A stretch of DNA of 64,000 nucleotides from NCBI GenBank assembly GCA_963823665.1, contig CAWGMQ010000003.1:224001-288000 (forward strand), written 5' to 3'. Made by a program: the position numbers and the translations under genes. The stretch is from an uncultured Planctomycetota bacterium (GTDB lineage Bacteria > Planctomycetota > Planctomycetia > Isosphaerales > Isosphaeraceae). This document shows positions 33,536-43,844 of the stretch, piece after piece (position 1 is the stretch's first letter; the number at the start of each line of letters is the position of its first letter). The notes below the pieces were generated by a model. That model searched no databases. It saw only the letters and a program-made list of their open reading frames with translations, and had not been told where the DNA came from.

Positions 33536-33972
33536 GGGAAAGTTCGTCGCCCTAGTCTGGGTTATTCGTTTGCCGGTCACACACAGATGATGGCAAAAGT
33601 AATATTAAGTGCTTTATCGCTTCGGCGGACCAGACCGACTTTGCGCGAACGTTTGTGCCCGCCCTAGCTGCACGGCTGGTTAGGAGGATTGAAAAACGGG
33701 CCACATCGCCGGAGTGTGTGCTCTCTTTTGCGCCTTTCGGACGATACAATCCCACAGACGACCGCAGAGACTTTTGATCATTCCCAGTGGAGCCGGGATC
33801 CAGGCGTCCAGAGCGGGAGCCGGTCAGAACGCGGAGCCGGTCGGCATGTGCCTGGAGACACGATGGCGCTCGGGCCGCTTTTCAAGATCGTAGGACCTCG
33901 TGACCGAACCGGGTCGAACCGATCGCAAGGTCGCGCCGTCGCAAGCCAATTGGCTCTCTACAAGGTCAGGCT

Positions 33973-35149
33973 GTGAACTGGGACGACACCATCATCGACG
34001 CGGCCGCGACTGATACGGGCATGCGTCGCGCAAACAATCAAGACAGCCACACCGCGGTGCGCGCATCTCATGCGGCGGGCTGGCGGCAGCGGGGCCATGT
34101 GTTCATGGTCGCCGACGGGATGGGAGCCCACGCCGTCGGCGAGCTCGCCAGCAAGATGGCCTGCGACTTGATTCCTCACACCTACATGAAAACCCGGGCC
34201 GGCACCCCCTCGGAAGCCATCACCAAGGCATTCCGTGAAGTCAGCTCGCTCATCTACAGCCGGGCTTCGGCGAATCGCGACTTCCAGGGAATGGGCACAA
34301 CCTGCTCGGCGCTCGTCCTGCTCCCGGAAGGAGCGCTCATCTCTCATGTGGGCGATTCGCGGGTCTACCGCATCCGGCGAAACCGCATCGATCAGTTCTC
34401 GTTCGACCACAGCCTGGTCTGGGAGCTGGTGCGGCGCAACCACTTGACCTCGGAGCAGGCCAGCCTGAGCGTTCCCAAGAATGTCATCACCCGCAGCCTG
34501 GGGCCGGAGGTCGACATCGAGGTCGACATCGAGGGGCCGCTGGCGGTCGAGCCCGGCGACGTTTTTCTTCTCTGTTCAGACGGTCTCTCGGGGCCGGTCG
34601 AGGACCCCGAAATCGGCGCATTCGCGGCCAACTTCCATCCTCGCGACGCCTGCCGCTACCTGATCGCTCTGGCCAATCTGCGCGGCGGCCTCGATAACAT
34701 CACGGTTCAAATCGTCCGGATCGGCCCATGGATCGATCCCGATTCGGCCGAGGTGCAAAATCAAGAGACCGGCGAAAGCGGCCGTGGCAAGGGCGGCACT
34801 GCAACGGAGCTTCGGATCGCGCCTGTTCGGTCTTTTCAAGCCGAACCGGCGCGGTTCGACCATGCCGGCGGACGAGGAACATCCCTACCGCACAGCCGAA
34901 TGCACAATCGACGACGCCCTTATCGAACGCCTCGAAGAGCTGACCCGAAGCGCACAGGAGCAGGCGATCGCCCAGGCGTGGTCGGTCGACTGGAGCGCCC
35001 TGGCCACACTGCGCCGCGAGTCCGCCGACTCGCGCTCCACCGGCAATCGCCGGACCGCACTCCGCAAGCTCGGCGAGATCATGACCCTCCTGGGCGAAGC
35101 CGCTCGATTCTTTCGCAAAACCGCCGGCACTACCCCATTCTATCATTGA
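33973..35149 (+). CDS. PP2C/Stp1-type Ser/Thr phosphatase (frameshift near 34790)
   Basis: RRANNQD, VADGMG, MGTT, HVGDSR, LLCSDGL, GGLDNIT; C-terminus in ORF 34784-35149. Confidence 0.92.
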
Positions 35150-36856
35150 TTCCGGCATCCGGCCCAGGCAGCGGTCGAAGGTTGCGACCACGATCGAGAA
35201 GAGCCCGGTTGCCAGGCGCGCCATGAATCGCTGCCCAGAGAAAGCAGCCCATCCAGACATCCGCCGGCGAGCCCGGCATGTTGTGCGGCCCCGCTGCGAC
35301 GGTCAGTGTCGCGAACAATCGTTCCGTAGAAGCGGAGTGCCCATGATCACAGGCACGATGAAGCGATCGTTCACGCTCGCAGGCACCATCAGGGAGAGGA
35401 CCAGCGCCGGCCAGCCGATCGCAAGCAGCACCAGGGCGCCCACGCACAGCGCCACGGCACGCTCGAGCCTGCTCTGCCAGGTGGCCAGCGCGAGCCCCAG
35501 GCTGACGACCAACGCACTGAATGCCAGCAAGAGTCCCAGGAAATTCAGGTAGGAAAACCAGTGCCCACTCTCACAGGCCAGGAAAAACGTCGTCAAGGCG
35601 GGCGCAAAGAGCAGTTGCGGAACGGTCCGGAATGATCCCAGCCATTTCCCCTGCACCACCGACCGCGTCGAGATCGGCGTCGAGAGCAGAATGTCCAGGC
35701 TGCCACGCACCCGCTCTTCAACCAGGCTCGTGCACGCGTTGACGGCGAGCAATAGCAAGCCGAGATTGACCTGGAACACATTCATGATCGCGATCATGTC
35801 GCGGTTCGTGTTCCCGGAGACGACGCTGCTGAATGCCAGCACCACAAAGACGATCCCCATCCCCCAGTACACCATCCAGACGAGGCGCATGAAGCGCGAC
35901 GGCTTCGATCGATACCATTCGCGCCAGAAGACCGGGTTGCCGTCGAGCGACGGCCCCGGCAGCAACGGCCGCTTAGGCTTCACAGTCCGAGCGGCAAACC
36001 ACGGGCGGCGAGTTCTGGTCGGGCGCAGATTGAATCGCGTCTGAGCGACCCGGCGAATCCGGATCGTTGCCAGGCACACCAGGATGCCCGAGATGATCAG
36101 GCAGCCCGCCAGGAAAGCCAGATACATGAGCAGGCTCACGTTCCGCGACCAGAGAGTCGGAGCCCACACGAGGTAGAACGGATTCATGCCATCGATCAGG
36201 TCCATCACCGGCCCCGCGTAAAACGGCAACGACGACCATCCGAGGCCGCTCCACACTAACCCGGTGAGATACCGGCAGAAGAGCCAGAGGGTGATGATCA
36301 AATAGGTGAGCATCAACACATCCTGTGGCTTCCGGCCCCAGACCGACAGCGTGATCGCCAGCGAGCAGCCCAGCACCGCGCACCCAATCGCCGCCAGGAA
36401 CGACCCGAACACAGCGTTCGGGTCGATCCCTCCCAGAAGCGCGGAAATCGCCATGAGCGGCAAGACGCAGGCGACCAGTGAGAGCACCGGCACCAGGCGC
36501 ACTCCCAGCTTCCCGAGCACGATCTCGGCATTTGAGAGGTCTGTGGTCAGCATGTGGTCGAGCGTGCCGCGCGTCTTGTCCAGGCAGATGGCGCCCGCTG
36601 TCGTCGCCGGCGCCACCAGCAGCACGACCGCCAGCTCGATCGAGACAATCGTCAGATAAAGGTGTTGTCCAAAACGCGCCAGCTCGTTACGCGTGATCGT
36701 CGGGCCTGCTCCAGGATTCCCCCGATCGGTCCACAACGTGAAGTACATCCCCGCCAGAATCGCGAGCACAAACCCCGCGCGCACCGCGTAGAGTTGCCAC
36801 CGCCTCGTGGTCAATAACCACTCGTATGCGAAGACCGGTCCTGCCCCAAGCCGCAC
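35140..36856 (-). CDS. ABC-2-type permease (frameshifts near the 3' end; end approximate)
   Basis: GPVFAYEWL, DKTRGTLDHMLTT, NPVFWREW, EERVRGSLDILLSTP; TFDRCLGRMPE in a shifted frame. Confidence 0.85.
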
Positions 36857-37103
36857 GTCGCGTCCTCTGCAATGGAGAAACTCAAGGTCGCCATCGAGTC
36901 GTCCCTGTCCGCCATTCTCGTCGAGAGATCGGACGTTTGTCAAACGCCATGCCGTGCGCACCTTGTCCTGTCGGCAGTCGTGGGGCTCCGTTTCAAAGCA
37001 GGAGCTTCGGGTCCTTGTCATTTCGCTTTGGGTTCTGGCATCGTAGAGCGCTTTTGACAACCACTTTCGAGTCACGGTTCTTCGATCACCACAAGGGCAA
37101 ACC

Positions 37104-38296
37104 ATGTCATCGAACGAGCGACCTCTTGAGCCTGCGACCCTGTGTGCGAGGGCGCCGGCACCGGCCCCATCGACCAGCCGGCCGCTCATTCCGCCGCTCG
37201 ACCTGAGCGTGGTGTACTGCCCGGCTGATCTTGACCACGTGGATGCGTTGAACACGGGAACGAAGGAGGGCTTCATCTATGCCCGCGACGGCCACCCCAA
37301 CGCCGCCCAGCTTGCCGAGAAGATGGCTCGTCTCGAAGGCGGCGAAGCGGGGCTCGTGTGTGCTTCGGGTATGGGTGCGATTGCCGCCGTTTTCCTGTCG
37401 CTTCTTTCGCAGAACGATCATGTGCTGGTCGCGAGTGGAATTTACGGTAAAACGACGGCACTCGTCGCCCGGCTGCTTCCCCGATGGGGTATCTCGCACG
37501 ATCTGTTCGACGCAGCCGACGTGGCATCGCTGCGATTGCGGTTGACCCCGAACACGCGTCTGGTCTTCGTGGAGACCATCTCGAACCCGTTGCTTCGGAT
37601 TGCTGACCTGGAAAGCCTGGCCGAAGTCGCCGCGAGCGCCGGAGTTCCTCTGGTGGTCGACAACACCTTCGCCCCCCTGCTCTGCCGGCCGATTGCGCGA
37701 GGCGCTGCTTGGTGGTGCATTCCGCGACCAAGATGATCGGCGGCCATAGCGATCTCACGCTCGGCGTGCTCGTCGGCCCGCGCTCCATGATCGACTCGAT
37801 CCGGACGGTGGCCTCGACGCTCGGACAGACCGGCAACCCGTTCGAAAGCTGGCTGGCCTTACGCGGGCTGGCGACGCTCTGCGTGCGGATGGAGCGCGCG
37901 AGCCGCACGGCGCTCGAGCTCGCCCGGCGCTTCGAACATCACAATCAGGTCAGTCGCACGTTCTATCCCGGCCTGGAGTCGCACCCGGAGTTCGCCCTGG
38001 CAGGGCGCTTGCTCGACGGGGGCTTTGGCGCGATGGTCACGATCGACCTGGGCAGCCGCATCCGTGCCGAGTCGTTCATCAAGAATCTGGCGTCGTCGAT
38101 CCCCTTCGCCCCCAGCCTGGGCGACGTTCAAACGACGCTGAGCCATCCTGCGACAACCAGCCACCGCGGTCAGGACGAAGCTCAACTGGCCGCGCAGGGA
38201 TTGACCGCCGGCATGGTGCGGCTTTCGGTGGGGCTCGAGGATCCGGGGGATCTGTGGTCAGAGTTTCGCGGGCCGCTGGATGGGCCTGGAAGTTGA
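37104..38296 (+). CDS. PLP-dependent trans-sulfuration enzyme (MetB/MetC/MGL family), frameshift near 37705
   Basis: YARDGHPN, ASGMGAI, ETISNP, VVDNTFA, HSATKMIGGHSD (PLP lysine), SLGDV, VRLSVGLED. Confidence 0.93.
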
Positions 38297-38305
38297 GGTT
38301 CGCGT
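38108..38305 (+). repeat. left copy of a 198-bp direct repeat (gene 3' end)
   Basis: Aligns without gaps to 41350-41547; 21 mismatches by hand count. Confidence 0.95.
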
Positions 38306-38487
38306 TTAATACGGTGACAAGCGCGATGCCCATGACCACGCTCGTGAGAGCGTGGTTCGGACGGGACGAACGTCCTCCAGCCTCGGGCGTAAGCCCGATC
38401 CGCGGTCGAGATGGTCGGACTTACGTGTGATTATTACAATGAAGTGGAAGGACTCGGAAGCGCCGATTTTCGTGCGGAGGCTTATTC

Positions 38488-38976
38488 GTGGAATCACTCA
38501 AGGAATTCATCGCATCGCAGGCTGAAAAGCTGCGAAACGAGGAGTCGCAGGCGGCGGATAGGTGTAGCGAATGGGTCGCCGCTGTCGATCGGCTCAACCA
38601 GCAAATCATGGCGTGGCTGACCGATGCAGACCCGGATCACGCAATTCTCGAGGTGCGCGAAACTCCTTACCAACTTCGGGAGGAAGGTATTGGAAGCTAC
38701 GAGGCTCGTGGACTTACCATCCGCGCGGGACGGCGCGCGCTTCGTGTGGAGCCGATCGCGCGGAATGTAGCGGGACCACTTTCGTCAACCGGTGTCATCC
38801 ACGTCAGTCGAGCTTACGGGCGAGTGGACCTGACCGATGGCTTGCAAAAATTCATGATCTTCAGGATAGAAAAAGTCCCAGACGATCGGTGGAGTATCAT
38901 AGAGCAGGATGGGTTCCGGATGCAGGCTTTCGACCAGGTCGCGTTCGAGGGAGCTTTCAAGGCCCTGCTTGAATGA
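38488..38976 (+). CDS. uncharacterised protein coupled to the HEPN gene
   Basis: 162 aa, GGAGG RBS, GTG start, ATGA overlap with the next gene. Confidence 0.8.
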   Translation: MESLKEFIASQAEKLRNEESQAADRCSEWVAAVDRLNQQIMAWLTDADPDHAILEVRETPYQLREEGIGSYEARGLTIRAGRRALRVEPIARNVAGPLSSTGVIHVSRAYGRVDLTDGLQKFMIFRIEKVPDDRWSIIEQDGFRMQAFDQVAFEGAFKALLE

Positions 38977-39524
38977 TCGACCTCGAAGATGCTTGGACGT
39001 GGTATGTCACGACCCGGAAGCAGCTACGACTGTTCGGCCGGCTCGGCCGGAAACATTGGGATAAGCTGCCGTGGGATGGCAAGCTCGGCGAAGACGATGC
39101 CCTGAAGAGCCTCGAGTCGGAATCGGTCGTCACCGGCTCGGCCTTCTGCTTGGAACATCTCGACGACTTCGCAGTGCTCATCCTTTTTTCCGTGTTCGAA
39201 TCCATCGTGCGGGCTCAAGTTCTCTCCGAAGTCGAAGACGAGAAGAGTCGGTTGCGCCATGCGCTCATCATTCAGATTGTGACCGACGCCACAGATGAGA
39301 TCGAGCACGGCAGTTTCCACCGCGTGCTTCGGGTGTTTAGAGGGCTCGATGCGAATCTTACCGAGGAAGTCAGTCAAGTACGAAGGTATCGCAATTGGGT
39401 GGCGCACGGACGCCGGACTGCGAAGCCGGAAGCCGTTGATCCTGAGACGGCTTTCCGACGCCTGAAGGAGTTCCTTGATGCGCTGGGGATGGGCTCGGCT
39501 AATGGCGGCACAACACATAACTGA
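38973..39524 (+). CDS. HEPN-domain putative ribonuclease
   Basis: Helical protein with LILFSVFESIVR (N-terminal Glu) and RRYRNWVAHG (Rx4H). Confidence 0.75.
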   Translation: MIDLEDAWTWYVTTRKQLRLFGRLGRKHWDKLPWDGKLGEDDALKSLESESVVTGSAFCLEHLDDFAVLILFSVFESIVRAQVLSEVEDEKSRLRHALIIQIVTDATDEIEHGSFHRVLRVFRGLDANLTEEVSQVRRYRNWVAHGRRTAKPEAVDPETAFRRLKEFLDALGMGSANGGTTHN

Positions 39525-41021
39525 CCGCCAGCTTCACCGCGACAGCCGGGACCGGATCGGCGGGCTGTTAGAGTTTGCCTTTGCGCTCAGCGCCTCACTG
39601 CTGGCTTTTGCGGCCGTCATATCAGCGCCGGCCTCTGTGAATGGAGCCGTGTGGTTTGCGCGAGCGAAGGCATCCGGAGACGGCACGAGCCGGGCCAGCC
39701 CGATCGGCTCATCCACCGGACTCGACACCGTCACCAGACCCGGCGACATGATCATTCTACTGGCGAATGACGACCCGTTTGACGGCGGCGTGACGCTCAA
39801 AGCGGGCCAGACGCTCATCGGTCACGCGGAGGCCGGTCCCAAACCCGCGATCACGAATTCGAATGCCGAGCGCAACGGCGGCAACGGCGTCGTGCTGGCC
39901 GACGACTGCAAAGTCATCGACATACGCATCGAACGAACAAGGGCGAGCGGAGTCTTCGGACTCGATGTCTCGGGCACCTGCCTGGTCGGCGTCGACGTCG
40001 ACGGCGCCAATCAATCCGCCGGCCTCACGACAACTGAGGTGAGTCTGCTCGGGCGGATCTCGAATGCCGGCATCCTGTTCATCGCGGCTCGACCCGGAAA
40101 GGTCTCCGAGAATCGCCTCCTGCGATGCCGCGTCATGAACGCCGCCGGCATCGGTATCGGCGCCTTCGCGCTCAAGGGAGGGCAAACCCGGCTGGTTATC
40201 AGCCACAGTCGCGCCGAGGGTGGGGCCCTGATACCTCCACTGTTCGACATGGGAGTCGTGGCATTCGCCGATGGGAGGGCCTCGGAGTCCGCTCTGGAGA
40301 TCAGGGACAGCGTCGCCTCGGGCCGCATGAGCCAGCAGGGCGCAACATCCTTGCCTTCGCCGCCGCCGGAGCGAAGGCCAAGGCCCGCATCGAACGATCG
40401 GTGTCGGGTGAATCGGGCCAGGATGGCGTCATTGCTGTGGCGGCGATGGTCCCCGCCACGGTCGAGATGGAGATCCGAGACTCCACGCTCGAGAAAGCGG
40501 CCCAGATGAACCTCGAGGGGACGATCCTCGACCTACCCCCGTCTGATCCCGACCGGGCCGATCAGAGCCTTGTCTCGATCGACGTCGAAGGGAGTGTGAT
40601 CCGGGATGCCGGGTTTGTGGATGGATTTCGGGGCGAGGCCCAGAACATCTGGCTGGCGCCGTCGGTCCTTGCCGGCGGGCCATTCGCCAGGGGCCGCTAT
40701 CGTCTCGCAGTCCGCGACTCGATCGTGGAGAAGGCCCTCAAAGGCGGCATCGCCGTTGGCAACGCCGGCTCGGATTTCAAGATTGGAGCCGACGAGGGTC
40801 AGTACGAGGTCCGGCTGCGCGACAACACGATCCGGGATAACGGCACCTGCGAGATTGCCATCGCCGCGGCAATTGCCCGCGTCGACGCACGCGGGAACTT
40901 CTGGGGATCGCCATCGGGGCTCGCCAACGACCGCATCATCCTGCTCGATGCGGCGCGGCGGTCGCAGATCGATGCTTCGGAGCCGCTCGCTCGCCCAGAG
41001 GAGCGGTTGAGATCCAAGTAG
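39502..41021 (+). CDS. secreted right-handed beta-helix protein (frameshift near 40340)
   Basis: GDGTSRASPIGS..PGDMIIL, parallel beta-helix periodicity, VDARGNFWG; spans ORFs 39475-40509 and 40125-41021. Confidence 0.75.
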
Positions 41022-41349
41022 TGCGCGTGGCGGAGGGTGGCTCCTTGTGCCGCGCCGCAGGCTCGTGCGGTGGAGTAACTTGCAGGGACCGACAACCACG
41101 GCGAACCCGGGGGGCAACGGCACCAGCGTGTCATCTGACGTCAATTTTAGACGCTGGATCGTGGCGTACCGCAATCCCGCGAAGGTGGGATTTGACCCCA
41201 CCGAGCTCAAGCTCTCCGATAAGGCTCAGGTTCGGTAGGCGGGTTTTCGTTCACGAAGCGAGACTCAATCCCCCGATCGATTCTCGTCGCGATAACGCTC
41301 CGGTCATTCCGCATGCAGTCAGTCCTCCCCGTACCGCCGCAAGCACGCT

Positions 41350-41547
41350 GCCCCCAGCCTGGGCGACGTTCAGATGACGCTCAGCTATCCGGCGACAACC
41401 AGCCACCGCGGTCAGGACGAAGCCCAGTTGGCCGCCCAGGGATTGAGCTCCGGCATGGTGCGGCTTTCGGTAGGGCCTGAAGAGCCCGAGGATCTGTGGT
41501 CGGAGTTTCGCGGGGCGCTGGATGGGCTTGGAAGTTGAGGTTCGCGT
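41350..41547 (+). repeat. right copy of the 198-bp direct repeat: orphan 3' end of the trans-sulfuration gene
   Basis: Open frame APSLGDVQMTLSYPATTSHRGQ...LDGLGS* with no 5' part or start codon. Confidence 0.95.
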
Positions 41548-41746
41548 CGAACATGCCTGGCAGCGCGCATTCGACGACTCCACGCGCGGCCAGGCGAACG
41601 ACCGAGGACTTCACCAGTGACCAGGAAGCAGGCTGGGCGAACAGCGGCACGTCGGGCAGCCCGGCTCGTTCGACCCTTCTTTCAGGTTGGGTGTCTGGGT
41701 CCTCTGACCGACGAGAGAGTCGAGGCCGCGATCCTCGGCAATTCCA

Positions 41747-43285
41747 TCATTCCGCATGCCGCTGCTGTTTGGTCCCGTGCCGGCGCAGCACTTCCATGAC
41801 AGGTTCGGTCCCCCTGGTAACATCTGGGATCTTTGCGCCGGATTTGAGCAAGGTCTCGACTGTAGCGGCATAATCTCCCGTGCTTGAGTGCCAGCCGTGC
41901 TCGGAGCCGTGCATCGCCCAGCCGAGCGGCGTGCCCTGAAAGTCCGCGTCGGTGACCTCCAGCGGTGGGCTGAAGCGCAGGATGGTCTTGGCCATCGCGT
42001 CGTTGCCATGGAAGGCCGCCCAGTGCAGCGGCGTGGCCTGGTGTTGCCCCGCGCGTCCACGGGCCAGCCACACTCGAGCATGAGGCGAACGACTTCGGTC
42101 TCATTGTTGCGCGCGGCGTGCGCCACCATTCGGCGGTCGGCTTCGCTCAGACCGTCAACGACGTTTAGATTCTCGCGCCGGATCGCCAGCGCTTTTCCTC
42201 CTCGCCCATCCAGCACGCTTCGATGAGCTTGACATCGGCCGGGCTGTGCTCCTCAAGCAGTGGAAGGACATCGTCGTGGCCGAACTTCCTGGCGACTTGA
42301 TGTGGTGAGACGTACCAACCCAGCTTCCACTGATAGATCGTGCCGCCCGATTTGGGATTGACCATGGGGAAGAATTGCTCGCTGACACGCATCCGGATAC
42401 AGTCCGGATTCGCCTCGAGATGGCGGCGAGCGAGCTCCAGGTCGCCGAGCGCCGCCGCCATGAGCAAGTCGGTCTGGCAGCCGCGGGCGACCAGGTATCG
42501 GGCTACGTCGAGGCGTTCGTCCAGCATCCATTGCGCGGGAGTCGACTCGTGGTCCAGATCGCGTGTATCGATGTGAGCTCCGTGGTCGAGCAGGTATCTG
42601 GCAATCTCGACCGAGGCCGCGAAATGAAGCGGCGTCTGGCCATCGCCGCCGCGGGCATGGACAAGCTCCGGGTCAGCTTTGACCAGGTCACGAAGTCGAT
42701 CGAGCAAGCCCAGCCGCGCCGCGGCGTGAACGTCCACGGTCGCTCCGCGCTCGATCGCATAGGCCGCTAACTCGGTACTGGCCGAGTGCAGCAGCCCGAA
42801 GCCGCCCGCCCACCAGCGGCTCTTGGCGTTCAGATTCGCGCCAAAGGCCAGCAGTACATCGAGCATCTCCTTGCTGCGAACGTTGGTGATCACCGGTGAG
42901 TCAAAAGGTCCCAGCGGCTCGTCGATCTGCGCTCGCAGCACGGGGTGGGCCTCGAGTAAGCGCCAGCGCCCGCGGCATCGTCGCTTCGTATGGCCTGTGT
43001 GAATTGTTCGACGAGACGCTCCGCACCGGGCGCGAGCGACTCGACGTGGGCCTTCAGCTTGGGCCAACTGGTAAAACCATACTCACGCGCGATGACGAGC
43101 TGCGCGCCACTGAGCGTGAAGCGAAACGTCTGGATCTCGTGGACCGACGATCCCGCAAGCCGAGGATGATTGGCCTGAATACGCTCGAGCGCCTTTGGGT
43201 CTCCGGCCTTGTGAGCCTTCTTGAGGTCTTTGGCCTGATTCTTGAGCTGGTCGAGGTTGGGACGCTCTGGCAGTGGCGTTGCCAT
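41747..43285 (-). CDS. ankyrin-repeat protein with N-terminal 'PNLDQLKNQAK...AREYGFxSW' domain (frameshifts near 42960, 42190, 42050)
   Basis: GGDGQTPLHFAA, ATPLHWAAFHG and GTPLGWAMHG across three consecutive ORFs; ATG at 43285 with a GGAG RBS. Confidence 0.88.
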
Positions 43286-43287
43286 CA

Positions 43288-43416
43288 GGAACACTCCTTC
43301 CGTTGATGCCTGTTGTCCGCAGTTCAGGCCGAAAGAAGGTTCGCTGCTATCAACGTATTGTCTGACGAGTGGACTCTGTCCTTCCCGCGGACCGGGCGCG
43401 CCTCGCACGCGCACGG
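43288..43416 (-). ncRNA. candidate structured cis-regulatory 5' leader
   Basis: Nested helices GTCCGCGG/CTGCGGAC and GAAGG/CCTTC enclosing two small hairpins; a 5' GCGCGT/GCGCGC hairpin; a TATCCT -10-like box just upstream. Confidence 0.5.
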
Positions 43417-43844
43417 TTCAGGATACAGGGAAATGCGGGGAACACAAATGGAGAATCTCAGGCTCAGGGGATGCAGACGTTTCTCTCGGCCTACGCAAAT
43501 GCCAGGTCTCGGCGGTGCCGGTTCAACGGGCACGTTCTCCAGAACGGTTGACGGACGGAGCTGATCGAAGACGAGTTGCGTTGGACGAAGGCGCACCACG
43601 CCTGGACTCTTGAGAGCCAGAACGTCGTCGATGGCATCAGGGCGATGTTAGATCCCGGTCAATCGCGGCTTTGCAGCGTAGTCGGTGTCTCGGGCTGGAA
43701 GGTGAAGCAAGCGCCGGTGTGGCTCGGCAGGAGCTTCGCGCTCTCGGAAGCGGTGGCCTTCCGGGCTGGCGGCGCTTTCATCGCATGTGGACCGATCGGG
43801 GACCCTTCGCGAAGCGAAGGGCGACAATGGGGACCGACGCGCGG

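Noticed and set aside
41047..41238. 63-aa ORF inside the islet
   Set aside because: Short, with no clear RBS or motif; may be a gene fragment but cannot be supported.
38108..41547. The 198-bp repeat pair as a DGR template/variable repeat
   Set aside because: Mismatches are not adenine-specific, about half are synonymous, and no reverse transcriptase is present in the window.
43695..43746. Degenerate REP-like palindrome (ggctcggcaggagcttcgcgctctc); also ggtggcactggctttgccag near 7986-8005
   Set aside because: Single degenerate copies in the window; resemblance to planctomycete interspersed repeats is from memory and cannot be supported here.
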